From an uncultured virus (IMG/VR IMGVR_UViG_3300028184_000121) (Duplodnaviria > Heunggongvirae > Uroviricota > Caudoviricetes), in the IMG/VR virus record IMGVR_UViG_3300028184_000121, positions 1-64,000 of that record: a DNA stretch of 64,000 nucleotides; one strand, 5' to 3'. The position numbers were made by a program, and so were the translations under genes. The notes beneath the pieces were generated by a model. The model did not search any database. It was given only the letters and a program-made list of their open reading frames with translations, and was not told the DNA's origin. Below are positions 1 to 9,805 of the stretch, one piece after another. Within the stretch, counting starts at the first letter, position 1. The number at the start of each line of letters is the position of its first letter.

Positions 1-20
1 ACTACTTAGGAGGTATTCAA

Positions 21-470
21 ATGATTGATTTAACTCAAATTACTTCTATCTTAAATGAAAGTGGTATTGAGGGTCTTACTGCTCAGTTAACTGAAGCAGA
101 CCCAGAAAACGATGTATTAATCTCAGAAGCTATTTTACAAGATGAGCTTACTGAAGAAGAATTATCAGAGTTCTTACAAAGCCCTGAGTATGATGAAGCA
201 GTAGCTTTAGGTATGCTTAGTGAGAAAACAATTGTACGTTTCGATAAAACTGCAAAATTATCTCGTGCTGAATCTCAAGCAATTCTTGCAATTGCTCGTG
301 AGAAAGGTGACCGCGACTTCAAGAAACTTATTACAATCTGGAAAGTGCGTAAACACCTTCTTGACAAATTAACGAAGAAGTATCGTGGACAAGCAGCTTC
401 TCGTGTTCGTCAAAACAAACAACGTATCTTAAATGGACCTAAAAAGGTTGCTAAGAAAGTTAAGAAATAA
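21..470 (+). CDS. Hypothetical protein, probable proteolytically processed virion head protein
   Basis: SD AGGAGG upstream; acidic N-half with several L/I-x-E motifs (LNE, ISE, LTE, LSE), basic C-half; followed by terminator. Confidence 0.5.
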   Translation: MIDLTQITSILNESGIEGLTAQLTEADPENDVLISEAILQDELTEEELSEFLQSPEYDEAVALGMLSEKTIVRFDKTAKLSRAESQAILAIAREKGDRDFKKLITIWKVRKHLLDKLTKKYRGQAASRVRQNKQRILNGPKKVAKKVKK

Positions 471-472
471 TT

Positions 473-506
473 AGATGGTAGAGCTTAGGCTCTACCGTCT
501 TTTTTG
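473..506 (+). terminator. Intrinsic terminator
   Basis: AGATGGTAGAGC-TTAG-GCTCTACCGTCT followed by T-run. Confidence 0.85.
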
Positions 507-543
507 CCGGATCATAGAAAAACGGAATAGACTCTTTTCCAAA

Positions 544-560
544 TATACATTATACTAGTG
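544..560 (+). promoter_or_regulatory. Putative early-type phage promoter TATACATTATActaGTG
   Basis: Motif recurs about 12 times, always upstream of genes. Confidence 0.65.
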
Positions 561-574
561 TAGCACAGCATAAC

Positions 575-640
575 AAGGTTTGCATGTTGTCCGAAACAAT
601 ATGCTATGACGTCCTAAAAGAGGTGTCATATATAAAGGAG
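575..640 (+). promoter_or_regulatory. Structured 5' leader, copy 1
   Basis: AAGGTTT + GCATGTTGT-CCGAA-ACAATATGC stem-loop + second hairpin + SD; homologous to 1216-1279 and 61426-61486. Confidence 0.7.
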
Positions 641-647
641 TAGAGAA

Positions 648-1109
648 ATGGAAAAGCATTTACTAGTTAACCGAGAAGAAGTTACACGTGCAAGAGGAAT
701 TCATCAAAGAGCGTTATTAGATACGCTATTGAATGAGAACTTGCTCACAAAACAGGAGTGGGAGAAATTAATCGAAATCAACCACACAACTGAACTTAGT
801 GTGTATTATGGAAAAGAGTTCTTGGAGCCATTCAAGTACAATGAGATTACCATAATAGACACGGCTATCCAAGTGGATGACACCATGATTATTACTACTA
901 GAGATATTATACCATTATTTGGGGAGTTTGAATTTGGCACCCTTGTCCATAAAGTGGGCATGGAAACACAAAAGAAAGTACCTGAGATGGATGATGTTTT
1001 CGCCGTTATGCTGGTGACTACAAATGCAGCGGAAAGTAGAGAGAATACTATTAAGCCATCCGCATTCTCATCGAGAATGTCAATCTACATTCCTTCCTAT
1101 AGATTATAG
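648..1109 (+). CDS. Hypothetical protein, 'hYIP' paralog family
   Basis: SD AAGGAG; internal LFGEFEFG; C-terminal SIYIP. Confidence 0.75.
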   Translation: MEKHLLVNREEVTRARGIHQRALLDTLLNENLLTKQEWEKLIEINHTTELSVYYGKEFLEPFKYNEITIIDTAIQVDDTMIITTRDIIPLFGEFEFGTLVHKVGMETQKKVPEMDDVFAVMLVTTNAAESRENTIKPSAFSSRMSIYIPSYRL

Positions 1110-1117
1110 GAGAAACA

Positions 1118-1147
1118 ATAAGAGAACTTCGGTTCTCTTATTTTTTT
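1118..1147 (+). terminator. Intrinsic terminator
   Basis: ATAAGAGAAC-TTCG-GTTCTCTTAT + T-run. Confidence 0.9.
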
Positions 1148-1185
1148 AGGAACATAGATAAAATCGTAATTAACATATATTAAGA

Positions 1186-1202
1186 TATATATTATAATAG
1201 TG
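1186..1202 (+). promoter_or_regulatory. Putative early-type promoter TATATATTATAataGTG
   Basis: Recurrent motif. Confidence 0.65.
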
Positions 1203-1215
1203 AGGTAGACAAATA

Positions 1216-1279
1216 AAGGTTTGAATGTTGTCCATAACAATATTCACTATACATGAAAAACATGTATAGATTAAAGGAG
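1216..1279 (+). promoter_or_regulatory. Structured 5' leader, copy 2
   Basis: AAGGTTT + GAATGTTGT-CCATA-ACAATATTC + CTATACATG-AAAAA-CATGTATAG + SD. Confidence 0.7.
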
Positions 1280-1287
1280 ATATTATC

Positions 1288-1779
1288 ATGACGAACTTAT
1301 TAGCATTATTCGGAAATACTAGTATTTATAAAACAGGTACTGAAAAGATGAAAGAGATTGTATCCCACGGGTTATTAAATCAAGATGAAGCTGATTTCCT
1401 TGAACGTATGATTGATGATAATACAAGTATTCACATTCATGTAGGAAAGCAAGGTAGAACTAATTTTAAAAATCGTGCATTACGTAATGTGATGACTTAT
1501 GAAAAACGTGATACTGGTTCTACTATAACGGTTCGCTCAGTAACACCATTCCATGGAGATTATGTTGTAGGTAATTATCGTACAGAGAATGGTAAGATTA
1601 TAACTAGAGAGAATGCATCTATGAAAGATGTATTTACTACAACAAAAGTTAATATTAAACGTAAAGATTATTCACCACATTGGGAAGGTGCAAAGATTAC
1701 AGAATCAAATACAGTATACGTTTATATTCCAACTGATCGTATTAACGAAGATTACACAAATGCTCGTAGTAAATATTAA
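1288..1779 (+). CDS. Hypothetical protein, 'hYIP' paralog family
   Basis: SD AAGGAG; FHGDYVVG; C-terminal VYVYIP. Confidence 0.75.
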   Translation: MTNLLALFGNTSIYKTGTEKMKEIVSHGLLNQDEADFLERMIDDNTSIHIHVGKQGRTNFKNRALRNVMTYEKRDTGSTITVRSVTPFHGDYVVGNYRTENGKIITRENASMKDVFTTTKVNIKRKDYSPHWEGAKITESNTVYVYIPTDRINEDYTNARSKY

Positions 1780-1785
1780 GATTAA

Positions 1786-1812
1786 AGGGAACTTCGGTTC
1801 CCTTATTTTTTT
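1786..1812 (+). terminator. Intrinsic terminator
   Basis: AGGGAAC-TTCG-GTTCCCT + T-run. Confidence 0.85.
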
Positions 1813-1849
1813 GGGTTCATAGTAAAAAATCGCCATCTAATATAGGAGT

Positions 1850-1861
1850 AACATGTTAATA
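1850..1861 (+). promoter_or_regulatory. Putative nvRNAP (AR9 late-type) promoter AACA-TGTTAA-TA
   Basis: Exact AACA-N6-TA upstream of the beta' gene. Confidence 0.5.
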
Positions 1862-1933
1862 TTTAATGTAGATTATAAGTAAACATTATCTACGTGAGAT
1901 ATAGAAATTAAATATTTGGAGGGAGTTAATAAC

Positions 1934-3919
1934 ATGTCAGTTGTTATTATTAAAGAAGTCTTATCAGGTAAAAAAGCGTGGAGAGCAGAATTCGATAAAC
2001 GCTACGATTACATGAAACGTAATATCGGGAAGAAGCATTGCTTCGAAAAACAAATTAGATTTAAGTTTAACAAAGCCGACGATAACGTCTTTGTACTCCA
2101 TATCACTGATTTCATTACAAATATGATCATGTGGAGACCCTTTGTTAAATACAAAGTAGAACTAGGACCAGACCTAATTATGGACTGTTCTAACATTACC
2201 CAACGAGTGATTAAAGGGTATATTGATGACAAAATTATTGAACCATTGAAACGTAAGGTTGCAGTAGAAGACCTAAGCATGGAATGTGCGAAAATCATTG
2301 AGGGTCTTGCAAAGATTGATGAAGACTTCGGTCTTATCATGGCAATGGGTATGAATCTATATGATACAATCCAATTATCAAAAATAAGCCCACGGTACAA
2401 AGAGTTAATCAATACAGTTGTACCTCATGGATTACAACCAAGTGAGATTGAGAACTATATCCGTAGTCGTGGTGCTGAGATGGTAGACATCTTAAAAGTA
2501 ATTCCGAATAACTTGAAACCATTCTTGAACTCAGGTCAGGGTGTTAAGGTTGACCAATTGAATGAGTTCCAACTATCGGGTGGTATGAAATCAGACTTAG
2601 AAGGTAATACATATCCAATGCCAATTAATACAAACTTATTAACGCGTGGATTCGATAAACCTTCTTATTATACATTAGATGCATTCGGCGGTCGTAAAGC
2701 CCTAATCATGAACAAAGAGTTCACTGGTAAATCAGGTTACTTTGCACGCCGTCTAGACTTACTATGTATGGATATTAAATTACATGATGACCCACGATAT
2801 GTATGTAACACAAAACACTTTGTGGAGTTCACGGTATTAACACCAACACACTTAGAAAAGATTGAAGGTCGTAAATATAAGAAGAGTCCGAAAGCAAAAG
2901 TATCTCGTACAGTATTTGCTGAAGATACTCATTTAATCGGTCAGACAATCTATTTACGTAGTCCGTCTACTTGTGCAAGCAAGAAAGGAATCTGTTATGC
3001 ATGTTATGGCGACTTAGCTTATGTGAATAACAATGGATTCCATATTGGACTATTTGCCGTTAAGGATGTATCGGCGAAACTAACACAGAACATTCTGTCA
3101 GCAAAACATTTACTGAAGACGAAATCTAAGCAAATTAAAATGACAGAAGGATTTGATAGCTACTTCACAATCGATGGCGGTGATATCGTATTACAACCAG
3201 ATGCAGATGTGAAGGGATTAGAAATGGTAATTGATGCGAAAGATGTACAGACAGAATCTGAGTTCGATGAAGTAATGGAATTCAATAAGAAGATTTCATA
3301 CTTCCGTATTCGTGTAAAGAAAACAAAGAAACCTATCTGTACGATTCGAGAGATTGGGGAATCCGAACCAACGTTATTCATTTCAGAGTATCTGGATGAC
3401 TTAATGGATAAGCATTACGATCCAGTTGATAACCAGTTCGTGATTCCGATGAATAAGATTAAAGATGATGAAGAAGGGCGTTCACTATTTGCAATCACAA
3501 TCATCAATAATGAGCTTACAAAACCATTAAAAGATATCATGGCACTTGTAGATAACAAAGCTCACTTAGGTTGTGAAACAGTTTCTGAAATGGTTCAGAA
3601 ATTCTGTGAACTACTTGTAAGCACAGGGATTAGCACAATGCTAGTTCATGCTGAACTCATCCTGCGTAATATTATGCGTGATGAGAATAATAAGTTACAC
3701 CTACCAGATTATACGAAAGATGAGATTGAATATGAAATGATGTCTGTTAAGAAAGCATTGAAGTTCCATCCATCTGCACTGGTATCGTTATCATTCGAAC
3801 GTATTGAAGAACAACTTCGTCGTCCGATGACATATAAGAAAACAGCACCGTCGATGTTTGACCCGCTGTTTATGCAAGACTATAACCAAGTACTTGACGT
3901 ATATGGAGATGATAGATAA
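1934..3919 (+). CDS. rpoC: Phage multisubunit RNA polymerase beta' subunit, C-terminal half (probably non-virion RNAP)
   Basis: Bridge-helix-like KSGYFARRL, Zn site RSPSTC...ICYACYG, trigger-loop-like IGLFAVKDVSAKLTQNILSAKH; no DFDGD (N-half lies elsewhere); ATG 1934 follows an SD. Confidence 0.9.
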   Translation: MSVVIIKEVLSGKKAWRAEFDKRYDYMKRNIGKKHCFEKQIRFKFNKADDNVFVLHITDFITNMIMWRPFVKYKVELGPDLIMDCSNITQRVIKGYIDDKIIEPLKRKVAVEDLSMECAKIIEGLAKIDEDFGLIMAMGMNLYDTIQLSKISPRYKELINTVVPHGLQPSEIENYIRSRGAEMVDILKVIPNNLKPFLNSGQGVKVDQLNEFQLSGGMKSDLEGNTYPMPINTNLLTRGFDKPSYYTLDAFGGRKALIMNKEFTGKSGYFARRLDLLCMDIKLHDDPRYVCNTKHFVEFTVLTPTHLEKIEGRKYKKSPKAKVSRTVFAEDTHLIGQTIYLRSPSTCASKKGICYACYGDLAYVNNNGFHIGLFAVKDVSAKLTQNILSAKHLLKTKSKQIKMTEGFDSYFTIDGGDIVLQPDADVKGLEMVIDAKDVQTESEFDEVMEFNKKISYFRIRVKKTKKPICTIREIGESEPTLFISEYLDDLMDKHYDPVDNQFVIPMNKIKDDEEGRSLFAITIINNELTKPLKDIMALVDNKAHLGCETVSEMVQKFCELLVSTGISTMLVHAELILRNIMRDENNKLHLPDYTKDEIEYEMMSVKKALKFHPSALVSLSFERIEEQLRRPMTYKKTAPSMFDPLFMQDYNQVLDVYGDDR

Positions 3920-5382
3920 TGACTAAAGTTACAGTGAAACATACAAGCATAGAGATTCAGCCCTACGTGTTAGGGCAGTCTCCTAGCTTGGAGAAACAAT
4001 TAACAGTATGGGATAAAGTAAACTTCAAGACCGTGAACGTAGGTCTTGAGTATATTGAAGAAGAACAAAAGTTGCTGATACCTCGTGGTATCGGTATTAG
4101 TTTCTTAGAAAAAGAGTTTAATACAACAGCATTCATGGATTCAAAACATGATGATGTACAACATACAAAGTTTAAAGTTAATATCAAACCAAGAAATGAT
4201 AATCAGAAAGAAGCGATTGCATACATACTTGGTGAAGGAAAATATCAAGGTAATAGAAAGTATAGTAGGCATATGTTAACCCTAGATACAGGAGAGGGTA
4301 AAACATATTGCTCGGTTACAGCATTAGGATTCATGCAAATGAGAGCGGCTATTGTTGTACCAAAGAATGGCTTAATGTCTCAATGGGAAGAACGCTTATT
4401 CCAGTATACGAATATCACTGAATGGGATATCTATCGTATTTCAGGAAGTAAGTCTATTGAGAAGTTAATGAAGATGAAAGATAAAGATATTAAGTATAAA
4501 ATTTTCTTAATCTCGCATAGTACAATTCGTAGTTATGGTGACCGTAATGGATGGGAAGCTGTAACAGCATTATTTAAGAAAATGCGAATTGGTGTAAAGA
4601 TATATGACGAAGCTCATTTACATATGCACAATATGCTGAAGATGGATTTATACTCAAATACAAAGTACACGTTATATCTAACAGCAACCGCAGGTCGCTC
4701 GAATCATAACGAGGACTATATTTATAATCGTGTCTTTGCAAATATTCCAAACTTCTTTGTCCATAAAGAGAAAGAAGATAATTACATGAATATGTTAATT
4801 CTACAGTATGACAGTGCTCCATCAGGTGTGTTGCAAGCTACATATCGAAACATGCATGGCTTGGATACAAATAAGTATATGGACTACTGTGTAGAACAAA
4901 AGGGTTCTGATCTATTCTTCAAGTCTATCTTCTTAGTATTAGATAGTATAGAACAGAAGTTAGCAGAGAACCCTGACATGAGAATTGTATTCTTATTGAA
5001 GAAGCTGACGGCTACACGTATCGTTAAGGAAGGTATTCTTCAGCGATATCCTCACTTCGCAGGGAATATAGGGATGTATACGTCCGATATGAAAACGAAG
5101 GAAAAGAAGGAAGCTCAGCTACAAAAACAAATCATCTTATCTACGACTAAATCATTAGGTACAGGTGATGATATACCAGGTTTACACTATCTTGTAATGT
5201 GTGAACCGTATCGTTCTGAGATTACCGCAAAACAGGTATCAGGACGTTTACGTAATATTGGGGATGTAACTTATCTTGAAATTATTGATATGGGATTCTC
5301 ATCGTGCAGAGACCAATTCAAGGCTCGGAAGAAGTTCCTTCTCAAACGTGCCAAACAGTTCACAATCGTAAACGTAAAATAG
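3919..5382 (+). CDS. Superfamily 2 (DEAH) helicase
   Basis: TGEGKT Walker A, YDEAH, LTATAGR motif III, QVSGRLR motif VI; translationally coupled to beta'C. Confidence 0.9.
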   Translation: MTKVTVKHTSIEIQPYVLGQSPSLEKQLTVWDKVNFKTVNVGLEYIEEEQKLLIPRGIGISFLEKEFNTTAFMDSKHDDVQHTKFKVNIKPRNDNQKEAIAYILGEGKYQGNRKYSRHMLTLDTGEGKTYCSVTALGFMQMRAAIVVPKNGLMSQWEERLFQYTNITEWDIYRISGSKSIEKLMKMKDKDIKYKIFLISHSTIRSYGDRNGWEAVTALFKKMRIGVKIYDEAHLHMHNMLKMDLYSNTKYTLYLTATAGRSNHNEDYIYNRVFANIPNFFVHKEKEDNYMNMLILQYDSAPSGVLQATYRNMHGLDTNKYMDYCVEQKGSDLFFKSIFLVLDSIEQKLAENPDMRIVFLLKKLTATRIVKEGILQRYPHFAGNIGMYTSDMKTKEKKEAQLQKQIILSTTKSLGTGDDIPGLHYLVMCEPYRSEITAKQVSGRLRNIGDVTYLEIIDMGFSSCRDQFKARKKFLLKRAKQFTIVNVK

Positions 5383-5383
5383 A

Positions 5384-5400
5384 TATACATTATATTAGTG
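5384..5400 (+). promoter_or_regulatory. Putative early-type promoter TATACATTATAttaGTG
   Basis: Recurrent motif, immediately after helicase stop. Confidence 0.65.
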
Positions 5401-5426
5401 AGCGGTACAATGAGGAGTTGAGAGGG

Positions 5427-6191
5427 TTGGCTTATGAAACAGTAGAGAAAGTTTCGAGCGATGTATTTCGACCCTGCATGAATTTTGTTTTACGGCATAA
5501 TGTGCAGTTAGCACATAAGAACAAATCAGGGGAGAGACAGCATTATCATCAAGAGTTCACATATGCTTCCAGTAAATATATGGACGCTAGAATTCTGAAA
5601 TCGATACGGTTGAATTTTAATTCATACCTATCATTAGAAGAAACGGGTAAAGATTGGACTGATAAAGAATTCGTGAGAATTGATTATCGTCATATCCGTT
5701 ATCTAACAAAGACTCTGAAGAGAGTTTTAGAATGGTTCTACGAACCAGAGTTTGATAAGCTATTTGCTTACTCAGATGAAACCAAACAAGAGTTGGTTGT
5801 AAGTCTAGACTTCAAAGACTTGCAAGAAGCAATACGAATCGGTCAAACGATTATACGATTTACACCGGCGGTAATCTATCATGATGTAGATTGCTATGAG
5901 GGGGTGATGATGTGTGTAGGTAAATCCGAATCATTCGGTCATATGACAATTGATTCTTTGGAAGCCATGTATCACATTATAAGTAACTTTGATTTACATC
6001 TAGCAGGTCTAGCTATTGTAAATTATATGGGTATTCCTGAAGAAGGCAAATATAATACAGATATGGAAATAGACCAACGAATGAGCGGTAATAGTATGAG
6101 AAGCTCATTTATAGAAAGTAAAGGAAACCTAAACAATATAGGTAAAGAAGAACCTGCTGGAAATCTGAAGGGCTTCTTTAAATCAATTTAA
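5427..6191 (+). CDS. Hypothetical protein
   Basis: Long ORF; probable TTG start at 5427, 9 nt after GAGGAG and downstream of the promoter motif. Confidence 0.7.
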   Translation: MAYETVEKVSSDVFRPCMNFVLRHNVQLAHKNKSGERQHYHQEFTYASSKYMDARILKSIRLNFNSYLSLEETGKDWTDKEFVRIDYRHIRYLTKTLKRVLEWFYEPEFDKLFAYSDETKQELVVSLDFKDLQEAIRIGQTIIRFTPAVIYHDVDCYEGVMMCVGKSESFGHMTIDSLEAMYHIISNFDLHLAGLAIVNYMGIPEEGKYNTDMEIDQRMSGNSMRSSFIESKGNLNNIGKEEPAGNLKGFFKSI

Positions 6192-6207
6192 TTGGAGGAC
6201 TTTTATT

Positions 6208-6864
6208 ATGGCTAAGAAACCCAAGTATATTTCACTAGGAGAAGATGTATTTAAGGTGAAAAAATGGAAAGGCGAATACACAGACCTTGAGGAAGGCTGT
6301 GCATATCACGTAAAAGAAATGAATCTGGTATTACCATACATGGGAGATATTGAGGAACTCTCACGTGATCAAATTGTACCAGGCATTTACACAAGCTTCT
6401 TCGATGACGTACGTGAAGATTCTGAAATCATTTATGTCCGTCCAGTAGGGAAGAAGATGAAACGTCAATACAGACCTGATAAAGTGTATGAAATTGATCC
6501 AGATTATATTTCTCAAATTATTGAGGAAGAAGGATTGAAGGATGTGTATGATTCTGCTTTAACAGCTGAAATGGGTGAAGCATTCGTTCCACCAATCAGT
6601 GATTCAGATAATGAATTATTACGTATCATTAAAACGGTATTACAGCATAAGAAAGTTGATATTAAGAACTATTCAAACCGCTTCCGTTCTGATACTGATA
6701 TGAATAACTTTAAACGTTCTCTATTAGCTCATAGTAAGATGAGTATGGAGAAATTTAATAATGCTTGTGAAATATTCGACGTAGAATGGGATATCACGTT
6801 CCGAGATAAAAAGGGATGTGCAAACCCAATGAACTACGAAGGAACAATTTCAAGCAGAAAATAA
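6208..6864 (+). CDS. Hypothetical protein, possible C-terminal HTH-like DNA-binding region
   Basis: SD GGAGG; ORF followed by terminator. Confidence 0.7.
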   Translation: MAKKPKYISLGEDVFKVKKWKGEYTDLEEGCAYHVKEMNLVLPYMGDIEELSRDQIVPGIYTSFFDDVREDSEIIYVRPVGKKMKRQYRPDKVYEIDPDYISQIIEEEGLKDVYDSALTAEMGEAFVPPISDSDNELLRIIKTVLQHKKVDIKNYSNRFRSDTDMNNFKRSLLAHSKMSMEKFNNACEIFDVEWDITFRDKKGCANPMNYEGTISSRK

Positions 6865-6867
6865 AAG

Positions 6868-6903
6868 AGAGATACCCTTAATTGGGTATCTCTTATTTTT
6901 TTT
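6868..6903. terminator. Terminator between convergent genes
   Basis: GAGATACCC-TTAATT-GGGTATCTC flanked by A- and T-runs. Confidence 0.85.
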
Positions 6904-6910
6904 GTCTTTT

Positions 6911-7615
6911 TTATGCTCTGAAGATTTTACGTCTACGAGAAGCAAGATAGTTTGCATCCCACTCTTCTAATAAAGCAGAACGTTTATCCTCAGCATCTTC
7001 CCATCTATCAATCTTTAAATCAACTTGTCCAAAAGAGGTATCAATCTTATCCATATGGCGAAGTGTATTATAAAGATATATCTGGATATCCAAAGTAGCT
7101 AACTTTAATAGTTGCTCTTTAAAGCTTGGATTTACTGTAGATAGATTATCAGGATGTACGACAGTGAACTGTACATTCAAGTTCGTTAACATACTAGGAC
7201 CAGCATCTATCATAAATTGGTCTGGCGGAACATAGTAAAATGTAATTGGTGTACTAATCATATCCTCATAGGTAGCAGCCATTTGAATATCTGTAAAGAT
7301 ATCAATTGCTGAATATGTAGTCGTATATGGTAAGTACGCACTCATTACATCACTAACTTTCATATCTTCGATAGATAAGATTTGGAAATTACCTACCGCA
7401 GCTTTATTAATGTAATAATAGTTTGGTTTCCCTTGTACTTTCATTGTCGATAAATCATGTTTAACGGTAATATAGTGTGGGAAGTATGTGCTAAATGTAT
7501 AAAGCGTTTCTTCTTTTAAGATATCAATCAAGTCTTTATCATCTAGCTTAAACATTGTGACACCAAGTCTACGCTTAATAGACTTTAGCATAGATGTTAG
7601 ATTCATTCCTTGCAT
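6911..7615 (-). CDS. Probable virion structural (neck/head-completion-like) protein
   Basis: Last gene of the protease operon; N-terminal IKRRLG resembles T4 gp13-like neck proteins. Confidence 0.45.
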   Translation of the reverse strand: MQGMNLTSMLKSIKRRLGVTMFKLDDKDLIDILKEETLYTFSTYFPHYITVKHDLSTMKVQGKPNYYYINKAAVGNFQILSIEDMKVSDVMSAYLPYTTTYSAIDIFTDIQMAATYEDMISTPITFYYVPPDQFMIDAGPSMLTNLNVQFTVVHPDNLSTVNPSFKEQLLKLATLDIQIYLYNTLRHMDKIDTSFGQVDLKIDRWEDAEDKRSALLEEWDANYLASRRRKIFRA

Positions 7616-7616
7616 A

Positions 7617-8249
7617 TTATTCAACCCCTCTCATAGTTAATATTTTAAAATCTCCTATTTTACTAGCAGCTGTCATGATTGTAGGTGTAATAGCTTTTAC
7701 TTCGAATCCATGTGTTTGAAATGCATTTACAGATTCATCGAAGTCATTGATTGTAACTAACTCAGTACCTTGTATTTTATAATACTGATTGTTAATTTTT
7801 AAAACAGAAGCCTCCATAAGAGGTTCGTATAACTGAATAGACGTAATCTGAACATCATTTCTAGTTGTCGTAAAACTAAAATCAAATGTATCGGCAACTA
7901 ATGTTCTAGGTAATTCTATTGTAGTAATATCTTGCCCGACAGGTAGATTATACGTGTACACCACATTTGTAGTTGAACCATCGGTACGGTGACGAATGGT
8001 TAAACGTAACACATCATTCATTTCTGAAAACCGTCTTGTGATAATTATAGTACGAACGTTATACCATCCTGTATTAAAATAAACTTTTAAAGTCGGAGCT
8101 TTGGATGGATATGAATCCCAGTATTCAGTTGCAACTTGATCTCCGACATGCCACGGGTATCTAGAATTGTATATCGAATCGGCAGTAATCCTACAGACAC
8201 CTGTAGTTTCTGCTGTCATCTTTGGTATTAGAGGTTTCCCTAAAGCCAT
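7617..8249 (-). CDS. Discoidin/F5-8C-like carbohydrate-binding-fold protein, paralog 1
   Basis: PLIPKMT start, YPW..GD, IQLY, LKINNQYY, FKILT end. Confidence 0.6.
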   Translation of the reverse strand: MALGKPLIPKMTAETTGVCRITADSIYNSRYPWHVGDQVATEYWDSYPSKAPTLKVYFNTGWYNVRTIIITRRFSEMNDVLRLTIRHRTDGSTTNVVYTYNLPVGQDITTIELPRTLVADTFDFSFTTTRNDVQITSIQLYEPLMEASVLKINNQYYKIQGTELVTINDFDESVNAFQTHGFEVKAITPTIMTAASKIGDFKILTMRGVE

Positions 8250-8261
8250 AATCTAACCTCC

Positions 8262-8879
8262 TTAATTAGACATCGTTAGAATCGAATACTTTCCACCAAT
8301 GTCTTTAATTTGTTTTTCCATGTCAGGTGTCATATCTTTGATATTAAACCCATCATTTAAGAAATGTGAAGGTAAAATACTTTCTGCCGATGAAGTTACT
8401 AATTTCATCTTACCACTATCATCAAATGAATAAATACTATCATTGATTCTAACAACGGCTAATGTATCAACTAGTTTAAATAGTTTAAATTCAGCAACGT
8501 TTATAAAACCAGTTGGGTTAATCTCTAATTTTATTTGTGTTACAAGTTTAGGTGCAAATGACATATTGTCTTTTCCATTGTTTCCAATAGTTCGAGAATA
8601 TGCTTGGACACCGTCAAAATAAACCTTGTAACCGTTACCGTAATATTGACCCATAAGTATATCAAACCCAATTAGATAAGCAGGCTTAGGGCATGTTATA
8701 GTAATACTATGGGTGCCGGACGAATTACAATACCAAGTGGTACCAGTATTACCGTCAAATGCAAACCCTACTCCTCTATCGGAACTGTATGCTGTACATA
8801 TAACTTGCACACCGTTATCTGTAAAATTATTAGTAGGGTAAGACCCATTGAATTTTGGAAATGCTACACTTCTTGCCAT
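8262..8879 (-). CDS. Discoidin-like protein, paralog 2
   Basis: AFDGNTGTTW, VAEFKLF, VRINDSIY, YSILT. Confidence 0.65.
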   Translation of the reverse strand: MARSVAFPKFNGSYPTNNFTDNGVQVICTAYSSDRGVGFAFDGNTGTTWYCNSSGTHSITITCPKPAYLIGFDILMGQYYGNGYKVYFDGVQAYSRTIGNNGKDNMSFAPKLVTQIKLEINPTGFINVAEFKLFKLVDTLAVVRINDSIYSFDDSGKMKLVTSSAESILPSHFLNDGFNIKDMTPDMEKQIKDIGGKYSILTMSN

Positions 8880-8891
8880 ATGAACCCCTCC

Positions 8892-9707
8892 TTAATTCTT
8901 AAAGCTGCGGAAGAATCCGTTAATCTCTTGGCTAATATAATCTTCTACACCAATGATTAGTTTATCTCCATTTTTAGATTTATCTTCAACCATAATACTA
9001 CGGTTACCTTCTAATAGTTGAATTCCGTCTGGAGCGAATTCGAAGAATTCAGACATAATACGGAAGTTCTCACTCTCAGATTGAATGTAATCTAAAGCAG
9101 CACTTTCCATTAATGGAATGCAGTATCCTTCAGTTAGCATATTTGGTTGCACGCTTTCTGAAATGATAGATTGTTGATATGCATCTTTATGACTAGGAAT
9201 GAATACCCAGTCATAACATAGAACGCGAACTGGTCCTACTACTAATGCACCACGAGAAGTCTGTTGGACTTTGCCCATAGCACGTAAACTGAATGCTACA
9301 TTTAATTCTTGACGAATTAAATCACGCATTGAAATACCTTGCGGTGTCATAAGTGTTTCCACTTCACCTTTGACAATGTTTCTATCAAAGCACCAGTTGT
9401 TTATACGGTGACTAATATTAGTATTGTCGATTGACATTTGTCGAACTGGTGTAGGGTTAATAGGGTGACCCGCTTCTCCTACCCATGATTTGTTTTTAAC
9501 TAGCTCGACGATACGAGGATCGTTTAACCCTGGTTCCATTACTTTTTTTGGGTAATTTCGTTGGTTACGATTCCATACATCTAAGTCTTGAAGAATCGCG
9601 TTAATACGAACACTGTCAACTAAAGAGTTGACAGGTTTTAAGATTTCTGGTTTTGATTCAGTAGCAGCTTCACTAATTAGGTATGCTACAGTCTTGTCTC
9701 TTCTCAT
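8892..9707 (-). CDS. Prohead maturation protease (T4 gp21/phiKZ gp175-like)
   Basis: NRNQRNYP, GEAGHP (His), FSLRAMG (Ser), YDWVFIPSH (Asp). Confidence 0.88.
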   Translation of the reverse strand: MRRDKTVAYLISEAATESKPEILKPVNSLVDSVRINAILQDLDVWNRNQRNYPKKVMEPGLNDPRIVELVKNKSWVGEAGHPINPTPVRQMSIDNTNISHRINNWCFDRNIVKGEVETLMTPQGISMRDLIRQELNVAFSLRAMGKVQQTSRGALVVGPVRVLCYDWVFIPSHKDAYQQSIISESVQPNMLTEGYCIPLMESAALDYIQSESENFRIMSEFFEFAPDGIQLLEGNRSIMVEDKSKNGDKLIIGVEDYISQEINGFFRSFKN

Positions 9708-9731
9708 TATAAATCACCTCTTTGCAATATT

Positions 9732-9743
9732 TAATACATTGTT
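9732..9743 (-). promoter_or_regulatory. Late-type promoter AACA-ATGTAT-TA
   Basis: Exact consensus upstream of protease. Confidence 0.75.
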
Positions 9744-9766
9744 TGCGGATAGGAACCCTATCGCCA

Positions 9767-9778
9767 AACATTAAGTTA
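9767..9778 (+). promoter_or_regulatory. Late-type promoter AACA-TTAAGT-TA
   Basis: Exact consensus, divergent from the protease promoter. Confidence 0.75.
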
Positions 9779-9805
9779 ACTACGAGAAAGAAAGGGGAAA
9801 TTATA

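Noticed and set aside
595..606. AACA-ATATGC-TA late-promoter match inside leader copy 1
   Set aside because: Not retained in copies 2 and 3; probably a by-product of the stem sequence
5304..5426. Upstream extensions given in the ORF track (5304; likewise 9722, 33773, 47342, 61009)
   Set aside because: They overlap promoters, terminators or neighbouring genes; downstream starts have proper SD sites
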